The position numbers and the translations under genes were made by a program. The notes below the pieces were generated by a model. It searched no databases, was not told where the DNA came from, and saw only the letters and a list, made by a program, of their open reading frames with translations. Source: a virus. Taken from it: a DNA stretch of 42,222 bases. Positions within the stretch are counted from its first letter, which is position 1, and the number at the start of each line of letters is the position of its first letter. The stretch lies in IMG/VR virus record IMGVR_UViG_3300039008_000002, positions 1 to 42,222 of that record, one strand, 5' to 3'. This document shows positions 30,884 to 41,719 of this stretch, in pieces.

Positions 30884-33800
30884 TCAGTCGGCCAGATCAG
30901 CGATGCCGCTCAAGCCGGTGCGGATGTTCGACCGCATCTCGGCCCTTTGGGCACGTACCTGTTCAGCGATCTCAGGGTACTCTTGGATCAGCTTACGCCG
31001 AGCCAGTTCACGGTAGCCTGTGAGGATGCGCTGAGTTGCCTTCACACGCGGGTCAACAGACGGATCACTGACGTCGGTCGGGTATGCACGGTAGCGGTCG
31101 CTTTCGTACAGCCGTTCCAGCTTCTGATACATCGTGAGCCTCCCAGAGCGGACGGTCCCATGCAGCTCCATCAGACGTGAGTACTGCTCGGTCGTCAGCT
31201 CCACGCCCATCACCTTGCGGGTCGGGGCAGAGAAGGCGAAGTCCAAGCCAGCCAGCTCGTCCAGCACCGGGTCCTGTTTCCAGTCACCAGCGATGATCGG
31301 GTTGGCTGCAGCGAATGCGTCCCCAAGTGCCGAGGTCATGTCGCCACCCCACCCTTTCGGGTACATGATGGGTTCGCCAGTGATCCACGAGCGTTTCGCA
31401 GGCAGATCATCAGAGAAACCGGGGATGGTGTTCATGATGGCATCAGCGATGCTGCGGACCTCACGCATGGCAGGGTCCTGTTGCTTACGCAGCTCACGGA
31501 GCGCAGCGGACTGCGGCACCATGTTTGAGGCGTACGTCCGCATCAGCTTCGGCAGGAACCGTTCAGGGTCGTTGATGGCTTCCACCACATCGAACAGGCC
31601 GGTCATGAACGTCTTCGACGCCACGTTGTTGACGAGACCTACGACAGCGGCTGTTGCCAGCTCATCCATCTCAGCCTCACCTACCTGCCCGCCGATCTCC
31701 GCTACATCCGCAGCGATGCCGAGGAACATAGCGAAAGGCTCGAACCGACGATACTCGATGTACCGCTTCCCACCTTCGCCGTCACTGACGACAAAGCTGT
31801 AGGGACGCCACCCCGTCTCCATCATACGCGCCTTCAAGGCAGGGTCCTTAGGCCCAGAGCCGGTGATGTTACCGTTCATGGCCATGGTGATGCCCGCGCC
31901 CCAGATGACAGAACCCGTGACCAGCTTACCGTTGGCTGCTGCCAAGCGCCGTGGGTCCCCGCTCTTGAGATCAGCCTGTAGAGATTTACTGAACGTGCGG
32001 AGGTACGGAGTGCGTTGGACACCTGCTTTCAGGATGTTGGTCGGGGTACGCACGAAGGGCATGATCAGCTTGAGGCCGGGGTGCCGGTTCGTGGTGTCTT
32101 GGACCGTCTTGAAGATCGAGCCAGAGCGGAGGTCTTGGGTGAACGTCGCTTCACGTGCGAAGTCGAGGTCCACTTGCGACCGGGCACCGCCCTTGGCATC
32201 GAAGGCCGTAGCCATACGATCCGACACGTACTTCGCCATCTGCTCCTTCGTCAGCTTCCCAGCTGCTACCAGGTCAGCCGCCTCAGTGGACAGCCGCGAG
32301 TACAGGTTGGAGCGGTAGCTCAACTGCTTGAACAGCTCGTCACCAGTCAGAAGCATGCGCGACGGCAGGCGGATCATGTTGCCAATCCCCATCCGACCGT
32401 TGATCACGTTAGCCAGCACCGGGTTCTCGCCTTGGTACTTGATGGCATGGAAGTCCACACCGTTCGCTTCAAGGATCGCAGCCTCAGGGTCGAGGATGTT
32501 ACGGCCAGACTTGAACGCCTGCCCCATCATCTTGAAGCTATCGAGCAGAGCCAAGCGGATGCCAGTGAACTGACGCATCCCTTCGCGCATCATCGCAGCA
32601 TCGCCACGGAATGCACCACCGATCATCTTCTCCGAGGGGAGCAGGACGGTGTTGAAGGCGTTGGACATGAAGTTGACCATGTGCGTCTTCGGGCCTGACA
32701 GGATCGAGTTGATGTAGACCTCGTTGACCACCCGCATTGGGGTGGCGCGGTCCACGTCCACGATACGCATCAGACCTTGGGCACCGCCGCCGGTCTCCTT
32801 GTTCAGCTTGATCGCACGGGCACGAGCTTTGATACCCTCGACCCCACCGTCCTTCGACAGGTGTGAGCCAATGGCGTCCTGAGTGTTCAGCGCATGGCCG
32901 TCAACCCAGTCAGCAGTACGGATGCGGCCAGCTGCAGTGGTCTGAGCCGAGCCAGTGATCACGGACTTGAGGTTAGCCGAGGTCTCCACGAGGCGTTGCT
33001 CGTAGCGGACGAACTTGTCCATCTCCATCTCAGTGGCTGTACCAGCGTCGATCTTGTAGACCAGCGCCTCGATCTCACGCGACAGTGATTGAACCAGAGC
33101 TTTACCGGCGATGACCATGCCCTTCTGACGTTGAGCATCCCCAGCCATCCGCGCCAGCGAGGCGTCGATGATCTCAGGTGAAACGTCAACAGCCTCAGCG
33201 AGGAAGCCTTCGGCGTCCTTCACCCAAGCGTCGAACGTCTGCCCAGTCTCGTTGGTGATCTGCCCGGTGATGTCGTCGGTCGCCATCTCCATGACTTCCT
33301 TGATGCTCACGTCGCTGTCCATCTTGTCGAAGTTGAACAACGTCCCCTCAAGCTCCCGAGTGGGATCAGGGAATGAGCCACCACGCCGCAGTGCGATCTC
33401 ACGTTGGAGGGCTGCGTTCAGACCATCGGTGTTGACCGGGGTCTTCGGCTCGGGGATTGCGTCAGCGGCTTCTGCGTTAGCTCGGGTTACCTCGCCTGCA
33501 GCCTCCCCTTCACGGGCAGGTGCGTCCAGCGACGGAGCTTCAACAGCACGGCCATCAGCCAGCTCGACCCGTTTGCCTGCGCCGGGATTGGCGAGGTTGG
33601 GATCAGAGACTTCGTCGAACAGCTCCAGCTGCCCGAACAGCTCGGGTTCTTGTTCAGCCATGTCGGCCAGACCGTCGTTCATGATCTCAGCAGCGGCTTC
33701 ATCGCCCTGCTCGACCTGAACCTGCTTGGCCCGCTTGAACAGCTTGAACATACGGAACACACCGTCAGCTGCCAGACCCATGCCCAGACCTTCGAGCGCG

Positions 33801-34495
33801 TTCTTGAACTTACCCTCCAGCACACTGTCGTCGCCGTCCGCAGACAGGTATTCAGTGATGGGGTCTTGTAATCCGACGTTATCCCGCAGGAAATCGGAGA
33901 AGCGATCTTCATGTGCATCGAATGCCGCGAAGTCCGCGACTGCACCTTTGGTCATGGCCACGCCAGCTTTGCCAGCAGTGGTGGTTGCTTTCAGGCCTTT
34001 GAGTGCCTTACCCGCCACGCCGTAGCCAGCGAGGAACTGAGTGACCCCAGCCGTCATTTGACCAGCCATGGTCTCAGCCGGAGCGAGGTCGGTCATTTCG
34101 TCGAGAGCTGCCAAAGGCTGCGGGCCGAGCGCCTTGCCCTCACGGTTGGCTGCTTCCACTTCTTCACGTGTCAGCCAGCCCTCACCTGGGTAGTAGTTCT
34201 GTTGCGTCCCGGTGATCGCACCGCTTGCTTGGAACATCAGCTCATCGCCTGCCCAGCCGACGGTTTGTACCGTCTCCGAGATGCCTTCTTGAACGCCATC
34301 CACAGCACCGTACGCCATGTCAACAGCACCATGCGCAATGTTTGCGATGCCACTGCCCATTCGGGACAGAAGCCCCGGCTGTTCAGCTTCGGGAACAGGG
34401 GTTTCCCCCTGCTCCTGCTGCGGCGCGTCAGGTGCAGTAACGCTTTGGCCACCTACGATGAGGTTGCCTTCGTCGTCAAACTGTAGTCCTGCCAT
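30884..34495 (-). CDS. Internal virion protein D (T7 gp16-like)
   Basis: 1203 aa. The largest ORF, located between the gp15-like gene and the fibre gene. AAGGAAAG RBS. Confidence 0.75.
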   Translation of the reverse strand: MAGLQFDDEGNLIVGGQSVTAPDAPQQEQGETPVPEAEQPGLLSRMGSGIANIAHGAVDMAYGAVDGVQEGISETVQTVGWAGDELMFQASGAITGTQQNYYPGEGWLTREEVEAANREGKALGPQPLAALDEMTDLAPAETMAGQMTAGVTQFLAGYGVAGKALKGLKATTTAGKAGVAMTKGAVADFAAFDAHEDRFSDFLRDNVGLQDPITEYLSADGDDSVLEGKFKNALEGLGMGLAADGVFRMFKLFKRAKQVQVEQGDEAAAEIMNDGLADMAEQEPELFGQLELFDEVSDPNLANPGAGKRVELADGRAVEAPSLDAPAREGEAAGEVTRANAEAADAIPEPKTPVNTDGLNAALQREIALRRGGSFPDPTRELEGTLFNFDKMDSDVSIKEVMEMATDDITGQITNETGQTFDAWVKDAEGFLAEAVDVSPEIIDASLARMAGDAQRQKGMVIAGKALVQSLSREIEALVYKIDAGTATEMEMDKFVRYEQRLVETSANLKSVITGSAQTTAAGRIRTADWVDGHALNTQDAIGSHLSKDGGVEGIKARARAIKLNKETGGGAQGLMRIVDVDRATPMRVVNEVYINSILSGPKTHMVNFMSNAFNTVLLPSEKMIGGAFRGDAAMMREGMRQFTGIRLALLDSFKMMGQAFKSGRNILDPEAAILEANGVDFHAIKYQGENPVLANVINGRMGIGNMIRLPSRMLLTGDELFKQLSYRSNLYSRLSTEAADLVAAGKLTKEQMAKYVSDRMATAFDAKGGARSQVDLDFAREATFTQDLRSGSIFKTVQDTTNRHPGLKLIMPFVRTPTNILKAGVQRTPYLRTFSKSLQADLKSGDPRRLAAANGKLVTGSVIWGAGITMAMNGNITGSGPKDPALKARMMETGWRPYSFVVSDGEGGKRYIEYRRFEPFAMFLGIAADVAEIGGQVGEAEMDELATAAVVGLVNNVASKTFMTGLFDVVEAINDPERFLPKLMRTYASNMVPQSAALRELRKQQDPAMREVRSIADAIMNTIPGFSDDLPAKRSWITGEPIMYPKGWGGDMTSALGDAFAAANPIIAGDWKQDPVLDELAGLDFAFSAPTRKVMGVELTTEQYSRLMELHGTVRSGRLTMYQKLERLYESDRYRAYPTDVSDPSVDPRVKATQRILTGYRELARRKLIQEYPEIAEQVRAQRAEMRSNIRTGLSGIADLAD

Positions 34496-34504
34496 TGTCT
34501 TTCC

Positions 34505-36679
34505 TTAGTTTGCGCCGAACTGAGCCAAGTACTCTTGGGTGGTTACACCTTGAGCTTTAGCTGCAGCGGCAATGAGTTGAGCCTGTTCAGGCGTCAGGGT
34601 TTCAGGGTTGGTGACCGCCGTCACAACAGCCCCCGTCAGCTCGATGGTCTGGCCATAGCTTCGCTGTTGAGGGACGTAGTCAGGGTTCTCCTGCTCGGTG
34701 GGCTTCCAGATCGGGGACTTCTGAATGAACTCCAGCTGCTTGTAGGCGTACTCGCGCACAGCAGCGGCTCCGGCTTCTGGGTTCTCCCTGATGAAGTCGA
34801 GGATGTTCCCACGCATGAAAGCCTCAGCTTCCTGTGCCTTGGCCGTACCGGGGACACGGATCATGCCGTCGTTCACCGCGAACAACTCGCCCACGAGCTT
34901 GCCAGCATCCGAGATCGCCGCCTGCACCTGCCTGTCAGAGAAGGTGTCGGAGTAGCGGTCGCGGTTTGCGAAGTCGTCCATGAGCTGCATTGCAACAGAC
35001 GACGGGAAGTGGATGCCCGTTTCCGTACGGATAGCCTTGATGAAGTCCTCATCCGTGATCTCACCCGTGGCGACACCGATGCGAAGCTCTGCGATACGCT
35101 CGTGGTTGGAGCGCACCTTGAAGTCGCGGTCGATCAGCTGCTCTTGGAACGATGCCATTGCTTTCGCCAGATCGGGTTGACCTGCCTCAATGGCGGCTTC
35201 TTGGAGCGAGGTGATGTCCATGTACGGGTCAGCGAGGATTGCTGCTGTACTGTCGGTGTTGATCTGGATGTTGACCTTCTCACGTTCGCGTTGTTCACGG
35301 ACATGAGTACGGCTTTCCTCCTGCCACAGCTGGTCTTGGATACGAGCCTCAGCAGCTGCCACTTCGGCCTTCACCCATCCGATGTTCCCGAGGGGACCAC
35401 TGCCGGTGTGGATGTCGTTCAACGTAGCCAGAAGCGCCGGGTCCTTGTTCTGGATGGCACTCGTGATCACTGCTGCGACGATGGTCTTGTTCGCCTTGGT
35501 CGGGTCGATCCCATCAGCGATGGCGTCGTCCAGTTGACCTTGCAGCTCGACAGAAGGCCCAGCGAACTTGGTGTAGTAATCCGTCAGGCTGGTGCCGTAG
35601 GCGTCCTTCGGGTTGTACTTGTCCGCTGTCCCGTGGGTCATAACGAACCGCTTCATGCCGCCGATACCGCCAAGGTGAGCCACAGCCCGTAGGCCGTCGA
35701 GGGACCACCCCTTGTCGAGGAAGCCTTGCTCACGGATCACACGGTCGATGTCGTGGATGTGCCAACGATTGGCCTTGTCCTGCAGCGCCGTGTCTTCCTT
35801 GAACTGAGCCAGAGTGTAGCTCGTGCCATGGGCGTTGTTGTAATCGTCGAGGCGATCTTGACCGAACTGCAGAAGGCCGGTGTACCCGAGGGTGTTGACG
35901 GACGAGTAGTTGCCACCGCTCTCCCGGCCAGCCAGCCTGAGGATGAAGTCATCGACAGAGCTTGCGCCTGTGCCTGAGTAGGTCATGAGCATGCCAGCGT
36001 TGGCCGACATCTCATCCATGTACTCCTGCTTGTAGCGGTTGAGACGGAGATCAGTGTGTGCGCCCATGAGGCTGTCCTGCGCCTGCATGGCAAGCGGTTG
36101 GAACACCTCAGCTGCAAGCAACGGGTCGATCCCGTCCATGCCGTACTTGGCGGCGTAGGCTGCTGTCTCCTGCTGCGCCCAGGTTGCGAGGGCTGTCGCA
36201 TCATCCAGCGACTGCAGGTTCACCATCTGGCCGTTGACTTCGACCTCAGGGTTGCGGCTGTACAGCGACATCAGGTGATCATTCAGCGCCATGCCCATGC
36301 GACGGGCACGTGCCTTGTACAGCCCGCGCCGGAAGTGAGGGGAAGCAGCTGCGAGGCGGTCTGCGTGGGCCGTCCCGTTCTCACGGTCAACCCGGCGCTG
36401 GCCGTCGATCATCGTCTTCCAGCCTGCGCGGTTCTCAGCGAGTGCGATTGATGGATCGACATAGCTCTCAGCTTGGATGCCTTCGGCTTCCTCGGCTGCT
36501 GCTTGGTCGTCGTAGCGGCCTTTCAGGAACTGCTGCAGCTGGGGGTTCACCTTCTCAAGTGTACGCGCCAGTGCCAGCATTGGGTCTTCGCCGACCTGCT
36601 CACGCAAAGGCGCGACGAAGCGGTCCACGGGTGCCGCGACAGGTGTCAGCGACGGGGCGGGAACAATACGTTCAGCCAT
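34505..36679 (-). CDS. Internal virion protein C (gp15 position) carrying a lytic-transglycosylase-like motif
   Basis: 724 aa. GRESGGNYSSVNTLGYTGLLQFGQ resembles the ESGGN...GLxQF signature of SLT-type transglycosylases. Confidence 0.7.
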   Translation of the reverse strand: MAERIVPAPSLTPVAAPVDRFVAPLREQVGEDPMLALARTLEKVNPQLQQFLKGRYDDQAAAEEAEGIQAESYVDPSIALAENRAGWKTMIDGQRRVDRENGTAHADRLAAASPHFRRGLYKARARRMGMALNDHLMSLYSRNPEVEVNGQMVNLQSLDDATALATWAQQETAAYAAKYGMDGIDPLLAAEVFQPLAMQAQDSLMGAHTDLRLNRYKQEYMDEMSANAGMLMTYSGTGASSVDDFILRLAGRESGGNYSSVNTLGYTGLLQFGQDRLDDYNNAHGTSYTLAQFKEDTALQDKANRWHIHDIDRVIREQGFLDKGWSLDGLRAVAHLGGIGGMKRFVMTHGTADKYNPKDAYGTSLTDYYTKFAGPSVELQGQLDDAIADGIDPTKANKTIVAAVITSAIQNKDPALLATLNDIHTGSGPLGNIGWVKAEVAAAEARIQDQLWQEESRTHVREQREREKVNIQINTDSTAAILADPYMDITSLQEAAIEAGQPDLAKAMASFQEQLIDRDFKVRSNHERIAELRIGVATGEITDEDFIKAIRTETGIHFPSSVAMQLMDDFANRDRYSDTFSDRQVQAAISDAGKLVGELFAVNDGMIRVPGTAKAQEAEAFMRGNILDFIRENPEAGAAAVREYAYKQLEFIQKSPIWKPTEQENPDYVPQQRSYGQTIELTGAVVTAVTNPETLTPEQAQLIAAAAKAQGVTTQEYLAQFGAN

Positions 36680-36689
36680 GGTTTATCCT

Positions 36690-37271
36690 TTACGTGAGGG
36701 TGTAGGTGCCGGTTGCGGGGTCACGAACAGCGTAGTCTTGGTATGACCCGAGGGCAGACGAACCGATGCCGAGCAACGTCAGGCCGAGGCTTGGCTGGGC
36801 GATGGGGGTGTTGTCCCATCCGCCGTTGATCCGGCTTTCAGCCTGAGCTTCGATGCTCTCGCGGTTACGTGCGATCTGGTCGGTGTTGAACCCGAGCTGC
36901 TGCATCTGGCTGTCGGCGTAGTTGAGGTACTGCTGGTCGTAGTCAGCCATCAAGGCCTCGAACGACAGGCCAGCACTCTCGCTGGTAGCCCCAGCCGTAG
37001 CTGCTGCACGTTGCGCTTGCTGCTTCTGGTTTTGGATGTTGAGAGCAGTCGAGGCGTTCTCTTGCTGCTCACGTGAGTTGAGGTCGTTACCCTTCTGCAC
37101 CATGTCCGAGATGGACGCATTGCGCAGGGCTTCGTTGTTGGCGACCTGTGCTTCGTACTGGGCCTCAGCCATGTTCTGCTGGCCGATGTACCCGACGATG
37201 CCTGTCACAGCGGTCACCGCCAAAGACGCAGCATACATCGTAGACGCTGCGATTGAGATCGGCTCACACAT
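36690..37271 (-). CDS. Internal virion protein B (T7 gp14-like)
   Basis: Internal start MCEPISIAAS. 193 aa with an N-terminal hydrophobic segment. The call rests on position and size. Confidence 0.55.
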   Translation of the reverse strand: MCEPISIAASTMYAASLAVTAVTGIVGYIGQQNMAEAQYEAQVANNEALRNASISDMVQKGNDLNSREQQENASTALNIQNQKQQAQRAAATAGATSESAGLSFEALMADYDQQYLNYADSQMQQLGFNTDQIARNRESIEAQAESRINGGWDNTPIAQPSLGLTLLGIGSSALGSYQDYAVRDPATGTYTLT

Positions 37272-37722
37272 GCTTATGCCTTTCAAATGGAATGACACGG
37301 ACCTTAGCCGCGCCGTAGTTGTCGATAGGCTCCTTGAACTCGAAGCCGAGGTGTTTGATGAGACGTATGTGGACGTCGTTGCTTTCAGTGACCACATTGG
37401 CCAGCACGGGATAGAGAGCGTTCAGCTCATCCAGCCACTCACGTCCTTCACGGACCAGCTGCAGAGCGTGTTGCTCCACCGCGTCAGTTGACAGGAACCA
37501 GATGGAACCCACTTTGTTGCGGACAACAGGTGCAACCCCTGCGATGCCTACGATCTCCCCGTCAGACGCAACGCATGTGATGCACGGCGAGGAGTGGAGG
37601 AGACCGAGGGAGAGGACAGCGAGGGGATCGAGACCCGTGAGAGCCTCGACCTCCTGCTTATCTGCCTCGCGCATACGCTGGGCCACGTCCATGATGTCCA
37701 TCGGTGTTGATGGTCTGATCAT
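37264..37722 (-). CDS. Internal virion protein A (T7 gp13 position)
   Basis: Start MIRPSTPMDI with an ATGA overlap onto the gp12 stop. 152 aa. The call rests on position and size. Confidence 0.5.
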   Translation of the reverse strand: MIRPSTPMDIMDVAQRMREADKQEVEALTGLDPLAVLSLGLLHSSPCITCVASDGEIVGIAGVAPVVRNKVGSIWFLSTDAVEQHALQLVREGREWLDELNALYPVLANVVTESNDVHIRLIKHLGFEFKEPIDNYGAAKVRVIPFERHKHV

Positions 37723-40097
37723 GCTCTTGACGTTTTCCTTTCGTAGCGCCCCTCCCATTCAGCTGCTGTGATGTAACTGGGGAGGAAGCTGTCGTTGATG
37801 ATGGTGATGCCCACCTTCTCGGCGCGGGTGTTCACACGGAACCCGAAGTCGCCATCGCTGAGATCGGTCTCGTTGATGATCGTGCTTGAGGTGCCGAGGA
37901 TTTTGCCGGTGAAGGTGTACGTGTAGGAGCTGCCGTTCGCGGTATCGACCACTGCACGGAAGTACCCGGTCTTGGCATACGAGACGAGCCAGCGGTTCAG
38001 CTGCAGCCTGCCAGCGAGAACAGCAGCATTGCCGCCACTCGGGCCGGGGCTTTTCAGCATAGGCTTGGAGAACTTGTACTCGAAGGTGTACGCCTCGCCG
38101 ACGTAGAACTTCTCGCCAGTGATGTCGCCTTGGATGACGATGTCACCCGTGGTGCCGAAGCCGTCAGCGTCAGTGTAGACGTTCAACTGCTTGTAGGCCG
38201 GGGACACACTACCAGGTCGGATCACTGCCTTGATGTCCGTCGTAGGCTGGTACGGAAGCGTGACCGTGGTCCGCTCAAGATCGCTGTCGTAGACCATGGT
38301 GACTTGGGTCTCGTCCACCAGCCTGTCCAGCCGGGTAACGAAAGGTTCGTCACTTTCAACCGCGCCCTCAGACACGCTCATCGTCTCGATGTAGGTGCCG
38401 TCAGGGTACTGCACGACGAAGTACGCATCGTCTCCGATGAAGTCCACGTTCCTGATCTTGGCGTCAGACCGCAGGTCCCAGTAAGACCAGCTTGACTGCA
38501 TCTTCTGATTGCCCTGCCAGTAGTACTTGTACACCCAGACACGGCTGCGATCAGTGCGGCTGAGTGCGAGGACCACGTCGTTGGTCGGCGATGCGGCCAG
38601 CTTGTACACGTCGCTCGGGATGTACCGAGGCACGTGCTTGGTCACATCAGCTGCGTCTGTGGTTTCGCTCTCAGGAACGATGAAGTACTCCATCATCCGC
38701 GTGTACGCACCACTCTTCACGGCGAAGTAGATCGTCTTGCCGACCGCCACAGGTTTAGCCCGTGCGTCGATCTCGAACGCGGTGATCTCCTTCACGCCCG
38801 GTGGCTTCGATGCCAGCAGCTCATCAGCGTCGATCACGAACTGCGTCTGATCAGAGAAGATCACGATCTGCTTGTTGAACGGCACAGCGTACTGCAGCTG
38901 CGACACCTTAGAGCCTGCTGCGGTTACGTCGATGGGATCGCTGTCGAGGAGCGTGGTGACCGTCGAGCGGAAGAACGCGAACAGCTCACGGGAGCGGGAC
39001 ATGATCACGTTGTCGTCGGACAGAACACACAAGCGGTTCCTGTCGTAGAACATGTCACGGATCGTCTTGCCCACGAAGGATGGCCACGGGTTACTCGCAA
39101 CAGAGCCTGCCTGTCGTTGATCCCAAGTGGCCTGCTTGAAGGTGAACGTCCCGTCCTCTTCCCGCACCAACAGGTGAGGCATGGTCGAAGCGTCCAGCTC
39201 GATCTTCCCACCCGGTTTCGCAGTTTCCTTCCAGATGCCTGCATCCATGCCGCTGCCTTTGTTGGCCTCGAACTCCAGCCAGTAGTCGTCAAAGCTCTCG
39301 CCATCGACCCCGGTGATACGGACCTTGTAGCCGTGAGGGCTGATGACAGGGAGTTCAGTGAAGCGTTGCACTTGGTGGTGGATCACCCGCGACATGGTAT
39401 TGCCGTTGGTGTCCTTGACCTCCAGATCGAAGTCGGTCTTGTCGTCCTTCCTGATGCGAATGACAGGCGAGGCCTTCGTGACCGTCCAGCCAGCACCGAG
39501 GTTGGTGTCCAGTTCCGTCTTGAGGTTGTCCACCACATCTTGGATCGAGACCTTGGGATCAGTCCCGTAGGCGTCAGCTGTGGTGTACGTCGCCTTCACA
39601 ACCCCATCGACCTTGACCGTGTAGGTCGTGTCGTACTGGACTGCGCGGATGAACACGAGACCACCGTCAACAGTGTCGTCAGCAGTGGCTGTCCCTTTGG
39701 TCACCTTCTTCGCGGTGTTCACGATGAACGTGCTGTCAGCCAAGGTGATGGCGCGGAAGTTCTGACCTGGGAATGCGTTGTTGATGTAGCCGGTGCCGTC
39801 AGGGTAAGCGACGGTCTTCTCGTTGCCGTCGATGTCAAACACCTTGATCACGCTGTCCTGCACCAAGACGATGTACCGCTCCGAGGTGTCGCGGTTGATC
39901 ATGTGCATGTAGGTGTCGCTGGTGGGATCGTTGGTGATCTTCGCCCTGAACCGCAGGGGCAGACGTTTGTTCACCCCCTCCACGATGGAGGAGAAGCCGT
40001 TCACTTGGTGTTCGGCCTGAGAGAACAGACGCATGGTCAGCGCCTGCTGGCTCACGCCGTTCATCAGGTTCGGCAGCTGTTCAGAGACAAGGGACAT
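37719..40097 (-). CDS. Tail tubular protein B (T7 gp12-like)
   Basis: 792 aa. N-terminal LPNLMNGVSQQALTMRLFSQAEHQVNGFSSIVEGVNKRLP parallels T7 gp12 (IKNLKGGISQQP...QVNGWSS..EGLQKRPP). Confidence 0.9.
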   Translation of the reverse strand: MSLVSEQLPNLMNGVSQQALTMRLFSQAEHQVNGFSSIVEGVNKRLPLRFRAKITNDPTSDTYMHMINRDTSERYIVLVQDSVIKVFDIDGNEKTVAYPDGTGYINNAFPGQNFRAITLADSTFIVNTAKKVTKGTATADDTVDGGLVFIRAVQYDTTYTVKVDGVVKATYTTADAYGTDPKVSIQDVVDNLKTELDTNLGAGWTVTKASPVIRIRKDDKTDFDLEVKDTNGNTMSRVIHHQVQRFTELPVISPHGYKVRITGVDGESFDDYWLEFEANKGSGMDAGIWKETAKPGGKIELDASTMPHLLVREEDGTFTFKQATWDQRQAGSVASNPWPSFVGKTIRDMFYDRNRLCVLSDDNVIMSRSRELFAFFRSTVTTLLDSDPIDVTAAGSKVSQLQYAVPFNKQIVIFSDQTQFVIDADELLASKPPGVKEITAFEIDARAKPVAVGKTIYFAVKSGAYTRMMEYFIVPESETTDAADVTKHVPRYIPSDVYKLAASPTNDVVLALSRTDRSRVWVYKYYWQGNQKMQSSWSYWDLRSDAKIRNVDFIGDDAYFVVQYPDGTYIETMSVSEGAVESDEPFVTRLDRLVDETQVTMVYDSDLERTTVTLPYQPTTDIKAVIRPGSVSPAYKQLNVYTDADGFGTTGDIVIQGDITGEKFYVGEAYTFEYKFSKPMLKSPGPSGGNAAVLAGRLQLNRWLVSYAKTGYFRAVVDTANGSSYTYTFTGKILGTSSTIINETDLSDGDFGFRVNTRAEKVGITIINDSFLPSYITAAEWEGRYERKTSRA

Positions 40098-40675
40098 TAG
40101 GCCCTCCCAATCATGTGGAAGTCAGGGCTGTCGGCGAGGAAATTTAGATCCTCATCTTCAGCTTGTTCATCGGCGAAACGGACGCGGGCCATTAGCTCAT
40201 CGCGTTCGTGGAACCTGTGGAGATCAACCGAACCGACGCTGTCGTCTTGGAACTTCCGTGCAGCGCGGACGGTGATGTAGTTACGTGCGCTCTCCGGCAT
40301 CTCCTCGAAGTCCAGACCAAAGACGATCTTGGCTTCTAGGTTCTCGGTGAAGACGTATGTGTGGTTCTCGCGGTCGTAGAGACGTTGGCCACGGGTCACG
40401 GGGTCGATCCCCGCGTACCGGCGTTTGGACACGTCCACGGACAGGGCGTTGCTTGGGATAGCGATCTCGCCGTCCACGTCACGCGAGAGCGGGTAGTTGT
40501 GTTCGGTGTTGAATAGCCAGCCCTCAGTCTGGACCGCCTTCATGACGGTGATCAGGGTGGCTCGTGCGGTGACGACGTCCACGCCGACCTCACCAGAGAG
40601 GGTGTTGGTAGGGCTTTCGCCGATTGCCTGCAGCAGCGTGTTCACTGCCTCAAGCTCAGTCGTTGGTGTGATCAT
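40097..40675 (-). CDS. Tail tubular protein A (T7 gp11-like)
   Basis: Internal start MITPTTELEAVNTLLQAIGESP (compare T7 ELSAVNDILASIGEPP). The longer track ORF starts inside the terminator. Confidence 0.85.
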   Translation of the reverse strand: MITPTTELEAVNTLLQAIGESPTNTLSGEVGVDVVTARATLITVMKAVQTEGWLFNTEHNYPLSRDVDGEIAIPSNALSVDVSKRRYAGIDPVTRGQRLYDRENHTYVFTENLEAKIVFGLDFEEMPESARNYITVRAARKFQDDSVGSVDLHRFHERDELMARVRFADEQAEDEDLNFLADSPDFHMIGRA

Positions 40676-40686
40676 GAGGGACCTCG

Positions 40687-40724
40687 AAAAAAAAGGGAGA
40701 CCCACGAGTAAACGCAGGTCCCCC
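40687..40724 (-). terminator. Hairpin + U8 terminator after the capsid gene (T-phi equivalent)
   Basis: Minus strand GGGGGACCTGCG-TTTACT-CGTGGGTCTCCC-TTTTTTTT. 12-bp stem including G-U pairs. Confidence 0.85.
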
Positions 40725-40747
40725 TATGGAGAGTGTTGGGCTATGCC

Positions 40748-41719
40748 TTAGACGACAGCGCCGGTTGCCAGTTCGATGGCCGAGGCCGGGTCGATGACAC
40801 CGTGGCCTTGGGCGTACTTGGCGACCATCATGGTGCCTTGGTACATCGCCTCGAAGTCAGCGCCGGTCTTCTGCATGGTCAGGTCCATGAGCTTCACGGT
40901 GCCAGCAGCGCCTTTCTGGAAGACCAGACCAGCGGTCGTCTCGAAGTTGCCAGCGTAGTTGTTACGCTCGCCGGTCACAGCCGCGACGTTGGTCGTCGGG
41001 ACGTTGTTTGACTTGTGCAGCGTGATGCCAGCGACTTCCGGCAGCTTGCCTTCAGCCCACGAGCCACGGCCATCCCAGTCGCGGTTCAGGTTGTCCTTGT
41101 TCTGGACAAGCAGGTAGAACTGCGCCGGTTTGAATACGCCGTAGCGTTCGCCTTCCCAGACGTCCTTCTCGTCGAAGGTCTGAGCAGCCGAGAACAGGAG
41201 CTTGGACAGCGCTGCGCCATCGGTCTTGGCGGAAGCGTGGGTCAGACGCGAGCCACCCGGCAGGTCGTCGATCTTGTTGGAAGCGCGAGCTGCCAGACCG
41301 ATAACGCGGGCGATCTTCTGGTCGAACTCACGGGCCAGAGCGGCACCGAGCTGCTTGGCGTATTCCGAACGCACGTCGTAGTGGTTCTTCATTTCTTCCA
41401 GTTCGTCGATGAAGATGTCAGCGATGAGCTTGTCGTCGATGTTGATGACGGTCTCGTTCGCCTTGATCTTGTTCGCACCCAGGACCGGAGTACCGGCGGT
41501 GTGGTAACGCGCCGAGGCTTTGCCCATGTGCGCGAAGGATGCCGACTTGCCTTGGGCGATGGTACGCACCATGTGGAGCGGCATGAAGATGTTGTGTTCG
41601 TTGAAAGCAGTGATCACTTCGCCAGTGAATTGCTTCATGAACAGAGCGTTGGCGGCGTCCCAGTCGCCGGGAGTGGCGGCGTTGACTACACCAAGCTGAG
41701 AGATTACAGCGTTAGCCAT
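40748..41719 (-). CDS. Major capsid protein (T7 gp10-like)
   Basis: Start MANAVISQL with an AAAGGAAA RBS. LFMKQFTGEVITAF, HMVRTIAQGKSASF and MKNHYDVRSEYAKQLGAALA parallel T7 gp10A. Confidence 0.95.
   Translation of the reverse strand: MANAVISQLGVVNAATPGDWDAANALFMKQFTGEVITAFNEHNIFMPLHMVRTIAQGKSASFAHMGKASARYHTAGTPVLGANKIKANETVINIDDKLIADIFIDELEEMKNHYDVRSEYAKQLGAALAREFDQKIARVIGLAARASNKIDDLPGGSRLTHASAKTDGAALSKLLFSAAQTFDEKDVWEGERYGVFKPAQFYLLVQNKDNLNRDWDGRGSWAEGKLPEVAGITLHKSNNVPTTNVAAVTGERNNYAGNFETTAGLVFQKGAAGTVKLMDLTMQKTGADFEAMYQGTMMVAKYAQGHGVIDPASAIELATGAVV

Noticed and set aside
40706-40790. A T7 gene 10A/10B-style programmed frameshift at the capsid 3' end
   Set aside because: I saw no slippery heptamer before the stop. 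The alternative frames close quickly, and the terminator hairpin begins ~25 nt after the stop.
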